Source of the DNA: Folioceros fuciformis
Lineage: Eukaryota
Direction of reading: 5' to 3'
DNA length: 63,202 nt
Assembly (NCBI GenBank): GCA_049999805.1
Contig: JBNGIO010006432.1
Location: 1 to 63,202 of the forward strand
Below, one piece after another: positions 26,370 through 39,854 of the stretch (positions are counted from its first letter, which is position 1; each line of letters begins with the position of its first letter). The notes below the pieces were generated by a model. The model was not told the origin of the DNA and searched no databases. It saw only the letters and a list, made by a program, of their open reading frames with translations. Position numbers and translations under genes: made by a program.

Positions 26370-27040
26370 TATCCCCGTCTCCAGCTGACCCATGTGGATC
26401 CAAGGCCTTATTCAGATCCTTGCGTTAGCCATGGCTCGAGAATTTGTGACTAGAAAAGACTATCCGCCGTACGCAACCCATAACTCATGATTGAAATAGC
26501 CCACCCGTGGGCGGCCTGCTTTTCGAAACCAGTCCAGTTGTTCGTTCAGTGCCCTTTGATCCGGCCTGAATGCTTGGTCACGATCCCAGGCTATCTTACT
26601 TCAATGACAGGTGACAGGCTACCAGCAACAACCTCCTCCATCCATGCCCCACCTACTTCTGCATAGTGATGAGACATCTATCTTCATCTGTTCTACAGTA
26701 CTCTGGCATTTGGTTCTTGCGCATATTTAACCTATCACCTCACGAGCTTGTCTACAGAAGCTGCTCCTCTTTTTACAACATGGACCGCCATGGGGTATGT
26801 CTTCCGGACCTTCACACCTCAATGCTATTAGCCCAGAAGCCCAGCCAATCAGATATTCAGGCGGTGGTCAATAACAAGTTACATAATTTGCTGCATTAGG
26901 GAGACATTGGGTGTGTCGTGTACATGCTCATCACCAGTGTAATGTCTCAAAGAAAGGCAGTAATAGATGTACACAAGTAAGGGGACAACAGGGTGCGTGT
27001 TGTATCCTCCGGTAAGGGGCAGCTACATTCAAGAGCGATA
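26370..27040 (-). pseudogene. Degenerate partial duplicate of the AtuA-like gene
   Basis: Colinear similarity to ~23840-24915, e.g. AGTAAGGGGACAACAGGGTGCGTG vs AGTAAGGGGACACCAGGGTGCATG; TCCATCCATGCCC and ATCCGGCCTGAA are shared. Confidence 0.75.
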
Positions 27041-27202
27041 TTCACCGGCGTGAATATCATACTTTCATAATGGCCAGTCTAGCGGATTGAAATCTGAGAG
27101 AGGCAAGGAGACGAAGTTTAGAATAAATCTGATAGCACTTTGATCATCGAATTTCTACTGGGGACGGATGGAGCAACAGCTTAGGGATCACGATGAAAGA
27201 TA

Positions 27203-30200
27203 ATGTTTTGCCAGCAGCTTGGCTTGTCCTGGAATGATCATGGCAGAGATTTTCCCGGCAACCCCTCCGCAGGAACCAAGGGTCGTAAATGGCAGATGCA
27301 AACTACCGCCGCGACAAGTCTTGTTCAGCACCAAGTCCTTCACTATCAATCTCTTAAGACGGCATCCAGCTGTGGGCAGGAGATTGGCGTGGTGCAAAAG
27401 AGGTGCGCTTCTACGAAGGAAATTGCTATGTGGGCAGTGGAGTTATTTTGAATCCTATCTGAATTTGACAGAGTAGCGACTGCTAGTGTTGTGAACCTGC
27501 CACGTTCAATGCAGTGCAGGAGGGTGAGAAAGAAGCTGACCAGCGAAAACTTTATGTCCAACATGATCTACTCGGTCGAAGAAGATCTGAAAAGAAGGTA
27601 CTCCTACTTGTTTAACCCCTACATCAGCGCTAGCTCCAGCTCGGTTGGTCGGTGTCCGCAAAAAGTACCAGTGGATCTCATGGATATTTTCGCGCTTGAG
27701 AAGGTGGGGGAATTAGAAGAATGTGATCTCTTTGACCGCCAGCTATTGGAGACATTCCCAAAGAAAGAGCTGCAAGGGAAGGTTGTGATGGTCCGTTGTG
27801 ATCTCAATGTGGTCTTCAAAGATAGTAAAATTGTTGATGAAAACTTGCGGCTCATGGTACCCACAATTACCTATTTGGCTGAGGTTGGTTCAAAGGTGGT
27901 CCTTGTGAGTCATTGGACTGTATCAAAGGAAAACAGACAGACCTCATCAATTGCAGGTGTGGTGCATTATGCTTTGCTGTGTACACATCGTGGAGCCTCT
28001 TTCCGATTAACCTTGTCACTCACCTATTAGGATGTCTTACTCATGCAGATGCCTTATGTCGTCTTATGAACCGAAGAATTCTATGGACAACCCATGCTGT
28101 TGGGGAAGAGGCAGAGGAGAAGATTCGCAATTTGGATAATGGGGACGTGCTGTTGCTTGGAAATATGAAGCAGTACAAAGCCGAGGATGCCAATGATGCA
28201 GCCTTCTCCAGGGCTTTGACAGCCAAAGTGGACCACCTTGTCAATGATGCTTTCTGTGTGTCTCATAGAGTGCTTGCATCTACAGTGGGAGCAGCTTCTT
28301 TTACATGTGCCAGACTTGCAGGTCTACAGCTTGCGAAGGAGCTTTTCTTTTCACAGAATATTCTTCAGAGTCGCATACACCCGTTTGTAGCAATTGCATG
28401 TCCTTTTCCTTCCAAACTGATAAATATTTGCTTCGCACAAGTGCTATCTTTGCTCGAGCATCACATTCAGGGGGCTGGCTGCTACCTACATGCGGTATAG
28501 TTACTTGCTTTCAGATCAGGTATGGTGACCTCAAGGTGAGCTCTTTACTTTGCAGATTGGAGGGGGGAAGCTGTCAGATAAAGTGGATGCTCTTCATCAA
28601 CTGCTCTCTCGGTGCGACAAAATCTTTGTCACTGGAGCCATGGTGTTTCCCCTGCTTGAAGCAGCTGGTCTGCCAGTGCCTGCATCTTGTACAGAGCGAC
28701 ACATGTTATCAGAAGCTTTAGAGCTTCTCCTTTCAGCTCGTGAAAACCAGGTTGAGCTTGTTCTCCCTAAGGATTTGATGCTTGCCAAGGACAATGCATC
28801 ACATCTCACCACCAACATTACAATATCTCAGCCAGTCCCACATGGTGCGTTCATATTTGCTGCTTCGTGTCTTTGGGAGATCAGTTGGTAACAAATACCA
28901 TGATCCTGTGTTCTGCTTTACCGCCTCACATTTCTAGCGGTATGTGCAGGGTGGCAGCCTGTAGATCTTGGACCAGAAAGCTTGGACGACATAGCTCACT
29001 CCGTTAGGCAGAGCAAGGTATGCTTCGGCTGTTTTCTGTCTCTGACAAAGTATAGGACAACAGCTTCACACACACTCACAAAGTCTTACCTACACATATG
29101 CCCATCGCTGCAGATGGTTCTCTGGTTTGGTCCCTGTGGAATGGGCCATGCCGCAGGTTCTACCACAGGACTGCTCTCACTTGCAAGGGTTATATCAAAG
29201 CAAAGTGCACAAGGATGTATCACAGTTGCCGGAGGAAAAGACGTCGTCAAGGGACTACGAGAAGCAGGCGTGATCAGCATGATCAGCCACGTATCCGTAT
29301 GTGGAGCAGCATTTTGGCAGCTGCTGAAGGGACGTACACTTCCAGGAGTTGCTTCTCTCGACCCAGTTAAGACCTACTTCTGGCTCGTGGAATGTGCTCT
29401 GTGTTGGAATGGACGCTTGTCCCGCATCTTCTGCTGGTGTGGATGGGGAAAGACCGTACTTTGTTTCACCCCCTGCTGATGAGTCTGTCCTTACCCCCAA
29501 CATTCAGGTGGCACCCACGCCTCCAGACTGGGAAAGAGTCTACAAGGATCCCTTCCTCCCCCTTACTGTGGATATTGGATGTGGTGAGAACTGTGCCTTC
29601 AAGTCTGGTTTCTTTCTTGGCAATTCCGGAAGTGCGTCTTTTGGAAGTGAAAACAGCTGTCGTCATCTCTGGCAGGGAACGGGCTATTCATTCTGAAGAT
29701 GGCAGGCAGCTTCAGTTCGAGAAATTTTCTTGGGTTTGAAGTTTTTCCGAAGGTGTGAGTCTCACCACGTAATTCAACACGTTTACCAATCCTGCCCAGG
29801 CAACAGACCAGCGTCCAGCCAGCTGATAGTTGCTTGTTACTGCAGTTAGTTGCACGATGCGCTGATTCTGCTAAAGCCAACGGACTTCTTAACGCGTGAG
29901 TAACCATCGAATAAGGCCTTCCTTTGAGTCCCACGGTATTCTGCGGTGGATTCCTCTCATTCCGAGTGTGTCTTGCGGTACAGGCATTTCATTGCTGCAA
30001 ATGCCACCTCGTCCTACAGCAGAATAATCGCGTCCTATCCTGGAGATGTCTCTCTCGTCACCATACAGGTAACGCAGACAGCGGAGCTGTGTACACCAGA
30101 CCGCTCCGCCCCGTGTACAGGCCCTTGTCTCACACACTCCATGCATGCAGTGTCCGGACCCTAACTTCAGCAAACCAGATAGCCGGTGGAGGATGGTGCA

Positions 30201-30553
30201 GAGACAGCTTGTGGAAGCCATCACAACAAGTCTGAGTCCCGGAGGGAAGGTACCGTGCTTCGCTAGGCAACGTACGTGAACGAACCCTGGCCAGACAACA
30301 CGCCCTGACAGCCCCTTCCCACGTGCAGGTGTTCCTCCAATCCGACGTGAAATGCGTGCTGGAAGCCTTGATGCAGGAGTTCAGGCTCCACGGGGGAGGA
30401 ATATTCGCACTCAGCTCCGAACACCTCACGCCAAACGCCTGCGACGAGAACGGATGGTTGAACTTCAACCCCCTGGAAGCATCTACAGACTGGGAGGATC
30501 ATGCCCTGCAGCGCGGCGATCGAATGTTCCGAGTGCTCCTCGCCAAACTTTAG
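27203..30553 (+). CDS. Phosphoglycerate-kinase-like domain fused to a tRNA (guanine-N7)-methyltransferase (TrmB-type) domain, multi-exon
   Basis: PGK-like: GKVVMVRCDLNV, VNDAFCVSHR, IGGGKLSDK, VDLGP, LLKGRTLPGVASLD. TrmB-like: LTVDIGCG/NG, NFLGFEV, IQ/CPDPNF, VFLQSDV, NPLEASTDWEDH. No stop between the domains after splicing; start exon inferred. Confidence 0.85.
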
Positions 30554-31079
30554 CGTCATTCAAACTTCACCGTGAAGGCATTTTTCTACACGGGACTCGG
30601 TACTCGGTACTTCACTTCACACTTCCACCATGGAGTTTTTGAGGCGCTAGTACCAAGGGCATCACTCCCTCTGAGGAACCCCATCGATCGAAGCTCAAGA
30701 TCTTTGATAACCACGTCCTCTTAATGCGCTGATGTAAACCCTAAACCATAATCCCAACATTGCGTTCGTTACGGACAAGGACACCGGTTATGGTAAATTG
30801 TTTGCGAACCCATACTGTTTGACCTAGAAATGACAGATAATGAAAACAAATTGATATGTTTATTAAACGTTTGGGGATGAAGTACACTATGACGCATGGG
30901 TCATCCGCCCACGTTAAGTAACAAAGGAAGCTAGTTTTTTGTAAGCCATGGAGGCCTAGGGTGAAGCTAGGCTGCAATGAGGGATCCGTTGCAGTATTTT
31001 GGCCCACTATATTACGACTGCAAACTTCGCCCTTTCTGACCTTCGGGCTGTTGGACCTTCAACCCCGGGATATTGAATC

Positions 31080-31285
31080 ACACTTTCCGATCAGTTGGCC
31101 GTTGGGCCTGGACATGCCGGGATCTTAAATCTGCGGCCACTTTCCGCTCTGTGGGCTGTTGGGCCTGGACATCTCGGAATCTGGAATCACCGGCCACTTT
31201 CCGCTCTGTGGGCTGTTGGGCCTGGACATCCCGGAATCTGGAATCACCGGCCACTTTCCGATCAGTTGGGTTGATGGGCCTGGAC
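31080..31285. repeat. 57-bp tandem repeat, about 3.5 copies, between convergent genes
   Basis: CCACTTTCCGCTCTGTGGGCTGTTGGGCCTGGACATCTCGGAATCTGGAATCACCGG. Confidence 0.92.
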
Positions 31286-31381
31286 TGCCCGGCTACCAAC
31301 ACAGTGGCACCTGGCAGGTTTCCCCGGGGACAGCTGCGCCTTGTCCACATGCTATATTATGCTCTCCTTCACCTACGGGAT

Positions 31382-34300
31382 CTAGTTCCCGATCGCCTCG
31401 CCTGGCCACTTTGGATATACTCGCTTGTACAAGGCCAGGCATGCAGAATCCCGTTGCTGAATCACTCCGTCAAATGTGCATTTCATCGCCCCTACAACCA
31501 AAGCACGAGTCAGCTTGGAGTGAAGAGTAAGCAGGTACTATCCCAATCAAACTTTGGAGCCAATCAGGAAAGTGTGTCCAACCATGTGTTCCAACAGGTT
31601 CGATTATCCGCCCACGCCTTCCATACTTTGTCCATAGTTCCACTGGCTGCAAGATAAGGAAGCACACAGGTTTGAGTCACACAACAGCCCATTCGATGCG
31701 TCACGCTCTCAGTTAGACGAATACAAGTTCCAGTTACCTTGAACCACCGGACATCCTCAGGGTTATGAAACATAAACCGTATCACGGCTCTCCGCTTCTG
31801 CACCCGTTGTGGGTACCTGCCATAAACGTGTGTCAGCATCACTTGCTCCATCCCAACATGGGCATGAGCCACATGCAACTTCAAGCGGTCCACAATGGCG
31901 AGTTACGAAAACTGTACCCTGAAAGTACAATCTTCTTTAGGATGATCCGGTCAGGATCCACATTCTTCAACAGTCCAGAAGCCACCATCTCTTTCACTCC
32001 CTGCTCGTCATCTTTCAGCAATATCACAGGGGCAGGAGGGAAAGTAATTGGAGCATAAGCACTAGCCACTAGGAACTGTCCTGCACTCAAGAACCTTTCG
32101 AACTTATGTTTATTGGTATTAAGATTGTCGGCAGAAAAAATGGGCCTGCATCCAGTACGTATATTAATACACACGCGAGACAGATCCCCTTGAAAACAAA
32201 GAACAAGCTGGGAGAGACAAACCTGGTGGTAAACTGCCGGAAACCCACATGAAAGGTTAGCTCATCCTTGGACCTGATCTTGCTTCGACACATGTCTGTC
32301 ATCTTGATGCTATGCACACACAAGCTACAATCAGAAACGACCACACGAGCACAAATCACTAGACAGGAGTTCTTTAGTAGAGCTCAGTTGCTTAGGACAC
32401 TTTTTTTGTTGAAAATAATAGCTCATACTCATGCCCCACTCAGAATTCTGAGTCTACAGGAGGAAGAAATCTAACCTGAAGTGGACGACAGACAGCTTGG
32501 CTTCATGCTTCAACAACCCACAGGCAACGATAAATTTCGTGTCTTTAGATGCCAACAGGTTTCGGGCTGGACCAGAGGGCACACCACACAGGTGTACCCG
32601 CACGAAAGTGCCAGCAGTCACACAGCCCAGTCCGGGACCCTCTACAACCTCCTCAGCCAGTCTCAAAACCAGCTTTCGAGTCCTCTGAAAGTTTTGAAAT
32701 GAAAAAATTCTTGCATACTCTGGAGGCAGTGACTCCTGTGCAACAAAAGAACTGGTGTAAAGTTGCCCATGCATAACAAGGAAACAAAGCCCAAAACAAA
32801 TTTTTCCATCTCCACTTCTGTTTCAGAATCTGAAAAAATAGAACAAACCTTTGGATCCCAGGACGACGATCGAAACGATGACATGGCCCTGTACCTGGCA
32901 AAACGCTGTTTTGCAGGAACATCAGTTGGAGTGTCGACATCATCTGGAAATTCTGCAAGGCACATTCACAGAAGACATTTAGCACCAAATTCTCACCCAC
33001 AAATAGGTCACACGCTGCACCCTCTGCACACGATTTTTGTCACATCCAATCCAAATGCAACTTGTCTGATTTACCTTCATCCGTCTTTCGGGCAGCTTTC
33101 AGTCGGCGCAATTCTGCATCCCGTTGAGCTGTAGTTTGCTCATCCTCCTCCTCCTGAAAGACGGGAAAATGTATCCTCAGCACAAGCCAGTATACGTCAT
33201 CAGGCGAGCTGCAAAAATTATACTCGCCATCGTCTCACTCCGCCCATCTTCATCGTCCCAAACAGAGGATGGAGGTCCTCTAATGTCACCAGAACACTCG
33301 TCTGAAACGTGACCATCCTCATCTTCCCCCATTTCCATTTCCACTGCTTCAGCCATGTCTTCATCACCATCACCAGTATCATCTTCAGCTTCAGAGTCAG
33401 AGGCCTCATCCAAAAACCAGGATGCCTAAAAAACAGAGCGTAAGTCAACCCCAAAATTGAATATTTGCATAGCAGGTGCTTCGAAGAAAGAACTCCACAA
33501 ATAGTGTTCAAGGCAGAGATAAAGCAGTGCACATTCACCTGGTACTTGGACGTCCCCACAGGTAACTTTTTCTGTGCTCTCCGAGAAGCAGCATTCTTCG
33601 CTTCAGCCAGCTCCATCTCAGTTGGCCATGTCTGCAACCAGTCATATCTCGTTACAGGGGCCAGACCCTTCACATCCCCGACTGCCATAATCACTCCCAA
33701 CTCACGCATTTACCTGCTCACCGGCGAGGGGGTCTGGGACATTTGTGATGATGAGGGGTTCTTGTAGCTCAGGGTTGGGGGTGAGAGAAGACAATGTCTG
33801 CAGACAGTGGCAAGGATCACCAGCACATTAAACAAAGGCGGAGAAAGAAAGAACCACGGGGAACGGTAACGGGTTGAGCAGTAACGCAACCTCAAGGACC
33901 AGCTCATCGACGAGCATGGCATCGTCTGTCGCTTTGGATTTTCTCCGCCTTGCAGATAAGGGGAAGGGATCATCCATGACATCTATTTTCGCTATTTGAA
34001 AGTCACCAATTGCAGGAACATGGACCTGTTTCGAGAAGTCATGAGGAAAACCAAAGAAAAATCTACCAATGACCATGCAAGCTATCACAAGGGAGAGTAC
34101 ATGCAAAAGATATGAATGTGGCTACCAGTTGATTCACAGAAAGCGCTCGCCCTCGCACATATCCAGAGAGGAAAAGCATCCCTTTCTCTGGTTCTACAGG
34201 ATCTTCAATATAGTCTACCTGCACCCAGACAGAACGACCTGAGTCTAGGACTTATGCAGCGGTGATGACAATAAAAAGCAGGCATAAGTGAAAAAAAGGA

Positions 34301-35754
34301 GGAAAACCTTTTGGGCGAGAATATAGGGTCGTTGGCTGCGCCATACTGGTTGTGATACTCGGAGCTCGGCCAATTGTCTCAGAACCTGACGCACAACAAA
34401 CACAGTGAGACAGGAGAGGGAATGAGTAAACGAATCCAAATCACATACACAACCGCACAAGACGATGAAACTGCAACGTGCCTCAGTGGTAGAACACAGA
34501 CCTGGTGGTGATCAGGGACACTGTCCGTGGAGAAGATTTTTGAGTCCTCTGGCAGTTCCCCTTGCAAAGCTGCTGTAGCTGCCTTTTTTACGTCAGCACG
34601 CTTCTTGGCTGGGACATTGATGAGACCCTACAAAAACGACTGAGCTGTGATACAATCTCAACAATTATTACAGAATACGACAATGTTGAAAGGGTACAAG
34701 GCATTCACATAAGCTCACCAGCATAAAACCGATAGAAGAGGGAAAGCCTTGTGCCTTCAAAATTGAGAGACGCGCTTTCCCTTCAGCGTCAATGTAAGGC
34801 TCCTCGTGGTCCGCAGCAATCACGAACGCAACTACGTCCGCCACCTGGATAACGCTGACAATGGTGAGCACCGGTAAAGTAAGCTATGGCTTTGACAGCA
34901 GTTCAAACCAGGCGGCCATGACGGCACCCACCTTAGAAACCTCCAAAATAGTCTCGATATCCTCAGCCGGTGTGGCTATCACCTGCGTTTCACATTTGTC
35001 AGAGGAGCGAGCGTGGTGATGATCAGGCTCACCAAGAGTAGAGAAAAATGTGAAACTAAAAAAGCTAGGCACATGTGCACACCGTCAATCTTATTTTGTG
35101 TCTAGAACAAGGCTTAGTGGGGAGATGCCGAAAAATGGGAGCAGGCACGTGGTCTTCGCCCTCCGAACACGCAGCCAGGATATCATCCTTCAGCCGCTCC
35201 AAGTCGACGTGCGAGGACAACGCAACCAGAGCCTGCGACAGAGTGGATGAGCGAGTGATCACGACAAACATCAACATCAATGTCAAAATATCCGATTTTA
35301 CCAAAACGCGAGGGGGAGCCCCATCGGCGGTGCTGGATCTCTTCTCCGCCAGCACTTGGGCTCGTTTCATGTTCCGCATCTGCCCACAATGTAGCACAGG
35401 AATCACGATCCGGAAGCCAAGGATACTGCCCTCATCAATCCAAACCCCTAAACCCAGCCACAAAGGTTAAAAAAAAATAAAAGTAAAAGAAAACCCACAT
35501 CTTTGTTGCGCTGGAGTCTCAAGGTTCTGGCAACTGGGGCAGCGGAAGCAAGCCGAGGAACAGCCTTGCCGGTAGTCCCAGCCTCTGCAAAACAAGGAGG
35601 CAGATAGGTCAGGCCGCCATCAACAGAATGGATCGTGAAATCAGCCAAATCGAGGAACAAAGCACCAACCTTTATGCGCATGACGCGACGACTTGGAAGC
35701 AAACCGAGTCTTGTGTGGCTTATTCTTCTGCGTTCTAGCTAGTGAGGGCGCCAT
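31382..35754 (-). CDS. TSR1: Pre-rRNA-processing protein TSR1 homolog, multi-exon
   Basis: QKNKPHKTRFASK start; FPDDVDTP...AKQRFARYRAMSSFRSSSWDPK; LPPEYARIFSF; HVGFRQF; DPDRIILKKIVLSG; VIRFMFHNPEDVRWFK; LYKRVYPKW end. Confidence 0.95.
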
Positions 35755-35808
35755 GCTGGGCCGAACGCGGAGCAACAAATTTGCTTCCCGCCCTCTCCTC
35801 CCTACTTG

Positions 35809-35816
35809 TATTTATA
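35809..35816 (-). promoter_or_regulatory. Putative TATA box of TSR1
   Basis: TATAAATA on the minus strand about 55 bp upstream of the ATG. Confidence 0.55.
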
Positions 35817-35837
35817 GCCGTCGAAGTATAGGGTCCA

Positions 35838-35995
35838 TCAAAGTAATATATACATCTAAATAGAAACGTTTATTGCCGAAACTGGTATGGTCGATCAAAG
35901 TAATATATATCTATTTAGACACTTTTATTGCCGAAACTGGTATGGCGATCCAGTACTATATACCTATTTAGACACTTTTACTGCCAAAACCGGAA
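35838..35995. repeat. ~57-bp degenerate tandem repeat x3 in the TSR1/kinase divergent intergenic region
   Basis: TCAAAGTAATATATA...TTTATTGCCGAAACTGGTATGG repeated. Confidence 0.8.
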
Positions 35996-36876
35996 TGGAC
36001 CTTTATCCCGCTTCCGTTACCAAAACTGGTATGCACCGAACCTTTACCGGGCTGGTATGCACCTTTATGCCGACCCTGGAATGCCTTCAATTCCTTTGGA
36101 CCTTGAATTTTTAACTATGGGATCCCGGATTCCCGTTGTTCTCTTCAGTAAGAGACAATTCATTTGCACTTGCTGCAGGTCGTACATGCGTACGCAGCGG
36201 AATGGACGCACGAGTAAGAAGAAAACGCGCGAGACGCGTCTCGTGTCCCAAGTTCCTTCCCGGTGCAGGATCCCGAAGAGAGCGTTCCCACCTGCGGGTC
36301 CGCTAAATGCTTCTCTGGGGGCTTGCGATTCCTAATACGCAAGGAACGCGACCGTGCGATGAAGGAATCCGAGTCGCACTAATTTCAACGCGCAGTTGTG
36401 GTGAAAACGCGGTTTTATCAGACGAGACGTAATGTAACCCTAAAACGTAAAAATGACGAACGGGCCTGGTCGGAGTGAGAAGTACAGAGTCCCGTTGCAG
36501 CGGGTGGAGCTCCGAGGGAGTGTCTCGGCCACCCAGGCAACCAGTTGCGGGCACGGGGCTGAAGCGGCCACAATGTTGAGCGCGCTGCGATCTGGATCGT
36601 GAAGGAGGCAGTTTGCAGCTGAGGCAACAGGTGGTAGGATTTGCATTCGGATTTGCATTCGCATTTACAGCTGGAAGCAGGGGTCAGGTATGTGGATCGC
36701 AGCAGCTTGAGCAGCTGGTTGCCGAGTGATTTGAGCTGAGCTGAGCTGGCTGGAAGCTTGCGGGGGATTCTGCACTTGAATGCGAGTTCTGGAAGGGGGG
36801 TTGGAGGAGGAGGGAGTGAGAGAGGAGACGGAGGGGAGTCAGCAGCTGGAGGGGCACGCTCGCACTGACGGGACGA

Positions 36877-38423
36877 ATGGCCTTCGTGTCCAAGTGGATG
36901 TGCTGCTGCGCGCGAGGCGAGGGCAGGTAATTTTAAGTTTCCGGACTGTGAATTTGGGTATCTTGTGATCCTGTTTAGGAAGGTGCATCCTGGGGCATGC
37001 GGGCGGGTATTTTCCGGAATTGTCTTTGTCGTGGGAAGTGGGATTGTTGTGTGTGAGCGTTGAATGTGCATCTGCTTGGGGGCGCTGTGCAGGCCCGATA
37101 AGAAGGATAAGGGTACGTGGCGGATATTCTCGTTGAAGGAGTTACAAGCCGCCACGAACAGCTTCAATTACGACAACAAGCTTGGGGAAGGAGGGTTTGG
37201 GAGTGTGTACTGGGGACAGCTCTGGGATAGCACGCAGGTGGGTTGCTGATTTCCACGATGTTGGTCATTGGTTGTGGATGTGTATGGGGATGGGGATGGT
37301 GTTTGGATGGGTCGGTGGGTGAGTGGGTGTATTGATGTGTATCGCTCGTTTGGTTTTTTTGTTTTGGTTTTGTGGAAAAGATCGCCGTCAAGAGATTGAA
37401 GGTGTGGAGCACGAAAGCGGAGATGGAATTTGCTGTGGAAGTTGAGATCCTGGGGCGAGTTCGACACAAGAATCTGCTTAGCCTTCGGGGCTACTGTGCT
37501 GAAGGGCAAGAGCGGCTCATTGTGTACGATTATATGCCGAATTTGAGCTTGCTGTCCCACTTGCATGGGCAATTCGCATCCGAGTCACAGCTCGACTGGC
37601 GAAGGAGGATGAGCATTGCGATTGGATCTGCTGAGGGCCTCGCGTAAGTGGTGATGCTGATTTTGCTTCGCGCCTTTCGTGTTGTTGTTACTTTAGGCTA
37701 GACATTGTGCCTGCCCCACCCCTACCGTCACCTCACCCGAAGAATGTGCTCTGTGTCAGGTACCTGCATCACTACTCCACGCCTCACATCATCCACCGTG
37801 ATGTCAAGGCCAGCAATGTTTTGCTTGACTCTAATTTTGATGCGCAAGTGGCTGACTTCGGTTTTGCCAAGCTCATCCCAGATGGTGCCACTCATGTGAC
37901 CACGAGGGTAAAGGGGACCCTGGGCTACCTAGCTCCAGAGTACGCTATGTGGGGGAAAGTGTCGGAGAGCTGCGATGTTTACAGCTTCGGGATCTTGTTG
38001 CTGGAACTCATCAGTGGGAAGAAGCCAATTGAAAAGCTGGGACCTGGGACGAAACGGACAATAGTCGAGTGGGCTGCACCTTTGGTCTTCCAAGGGAAAC
38101 TCGAAGACCTTGTAGACCCGAAGCTGAATGGCAGGTATTCAGAGGACGAGCTGAGAAGAGTCGTGCAGGTTGCAACAATGTGTGCGCAGAGCACCCCAGA
38201 AAACAGGCCCACCATGTTGGAAGTCGTACAACTCCTAAAAGGAGAAGTGAAGGATAAGGCCGCCAAGGTGGAAAATGGGCAAGATGGTGACACGAAGTTG
38301 AAGCTCGACACTGTCAAGTACGAGGAGGAATTGCTGGCTGCAGACGATGGATCCGCGGAGTCCAACTCCGGAAATACAAATGAAGGTATCCATGCCGCTC
38401 GGCCTGGGGAGAAAGTCCACTGA
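36877..38423 (+). CDS. PTI1-like receptor-like cytoplasmic kinase, 4 exons
   Basis: [65 protein letters not shown] introns join the ORF pieces. Confidence 0.95.
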
Positions 38424-39109
38424 CCACACTTAGCACTGTCCATCTATCTAGTTAAATGTACTAATAAGTCTGGTCCTAAGCTTGGACTGACGTCCAAGAT
38501 AATCCACCGCTACGAGTTGCTTTTGTAGTGGTGGTTTGTATGTGATCTGGTGAGTCAGGTAGTGCTTGTTGGACCGTTCTGTGCGGCATTAGGTGCGTAG
38601 GATTATTTCATTGTGTCTCGCCCTTCCCATCTTTCTTTTGGGCGACCCACATCCTGTTGTCCATAAGGTTCAGAAGATTTAGGCTTCAGTACAGAAATAA
38701 ACGTTGAGGGACTGGTGTCTACTTTCATTCTGTGTTTGTAATATCTGCACCCACGCAATCCTTGTCGGTATGATTCTAAGTGTAGCAGGAAATAAAGGAG
38801 GACCGGTTGTCGCCCAAACACAGCGCAGGAGCAGGAGTAGGCAATTCAAGCCGCTGCTGCTGTGGTCACGGCTGACGGTCGACAATTATGTTCTTCACAG
38901 GTTTTCTCATTTTTGTCACTCCTTTTTACGACTGAAGGGTCGAAACTGTTCAGAGTCCTCCGTCACCCCCACACCTCTTCTTCGGAAAGCCCCACTTCAT
39001 GTAGCCCAAGACTGAGGAAAGTTGCGGCCATCTTCACTTGTGTCCGCCCGCGCCCGTCACATGATCACTGATTTCACCTCCTGAAAGAAAGCAGCCACAA
39101 TATGTGTTA

Positions 39110-39655
39110 TCCTCAAATATGTGTTATCCTCTTTGACATGTTATCCTCTTTGACATGTTATCCTCTTTGACATATTATCCTCTTTGACATNNNNNNNNNN
39201 TCCTCTTTGACATGTTATCCTCTTTGACATATTATCCTCTTTGACATGTTATCCTCTTTGGCATGGCATAGTGGACACAGAGTATCTGCCCTCTTTCGTA
39301 AGAAAACACATACCACTTGTGCTCTTTCGTAAGAAAACACATACCACTTGTGTCCGCTTTGGTATCAAGACAAATGAAATCCTCTTCAAGGTAGGGTAAA
39401 ATCTTCTTCCAAGTAGGGTGAATAGAAGGACATCACAGACTCCGCTTTACCATTGATCAAGACAAATGAAATCCTCTTCTGGGTAGGGTGANNNNNNNNN
39501 NCTTTACCATTGATCAAGACAAATGAAATCCTCTTCTGGGTAGGGTGAATAAAAGGACATCACAGACTGCACTTTACCATTGATCAAAACAAATGAAATC
39601 CTCTTCTGGGTAGGGTGAATAGAAGGACATCACAGATTGCCCTTTACCATTGAAA
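39110..39655. repeat. Minisatellite cluster (17-bp, ~31-bp and 70-bp units) with gaps
   Basis: TGTTATCCTCTTTGACA array; CTTTACCATTGA at 39502, 39572 and 39642. Confidence 0.92.
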
Positions 39656-39854
39656 GTGAAAACACACCTCACTTTTTGTGTTTTGCTTCTACCTTGTGCA
39701 TTTCAGCTCCACCATGGCATGCCAAAGCGGTCAATCTCTATCCACTTGTTTCTTCTTGGGTATCTAGAGCACACCCACTTTCCATTTCTATATTTTTTTA
39801 TTTCCACTTTAACAAACAAACCAAATTGGACCCTGGACCTTGGACTTTGCACTA

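Noticed and set aside
36418-37167. 249-aa minus-strand ORF
   Set aside because: No recognisable domain; antisense to the kinase 5' UTR, first exon and intron.
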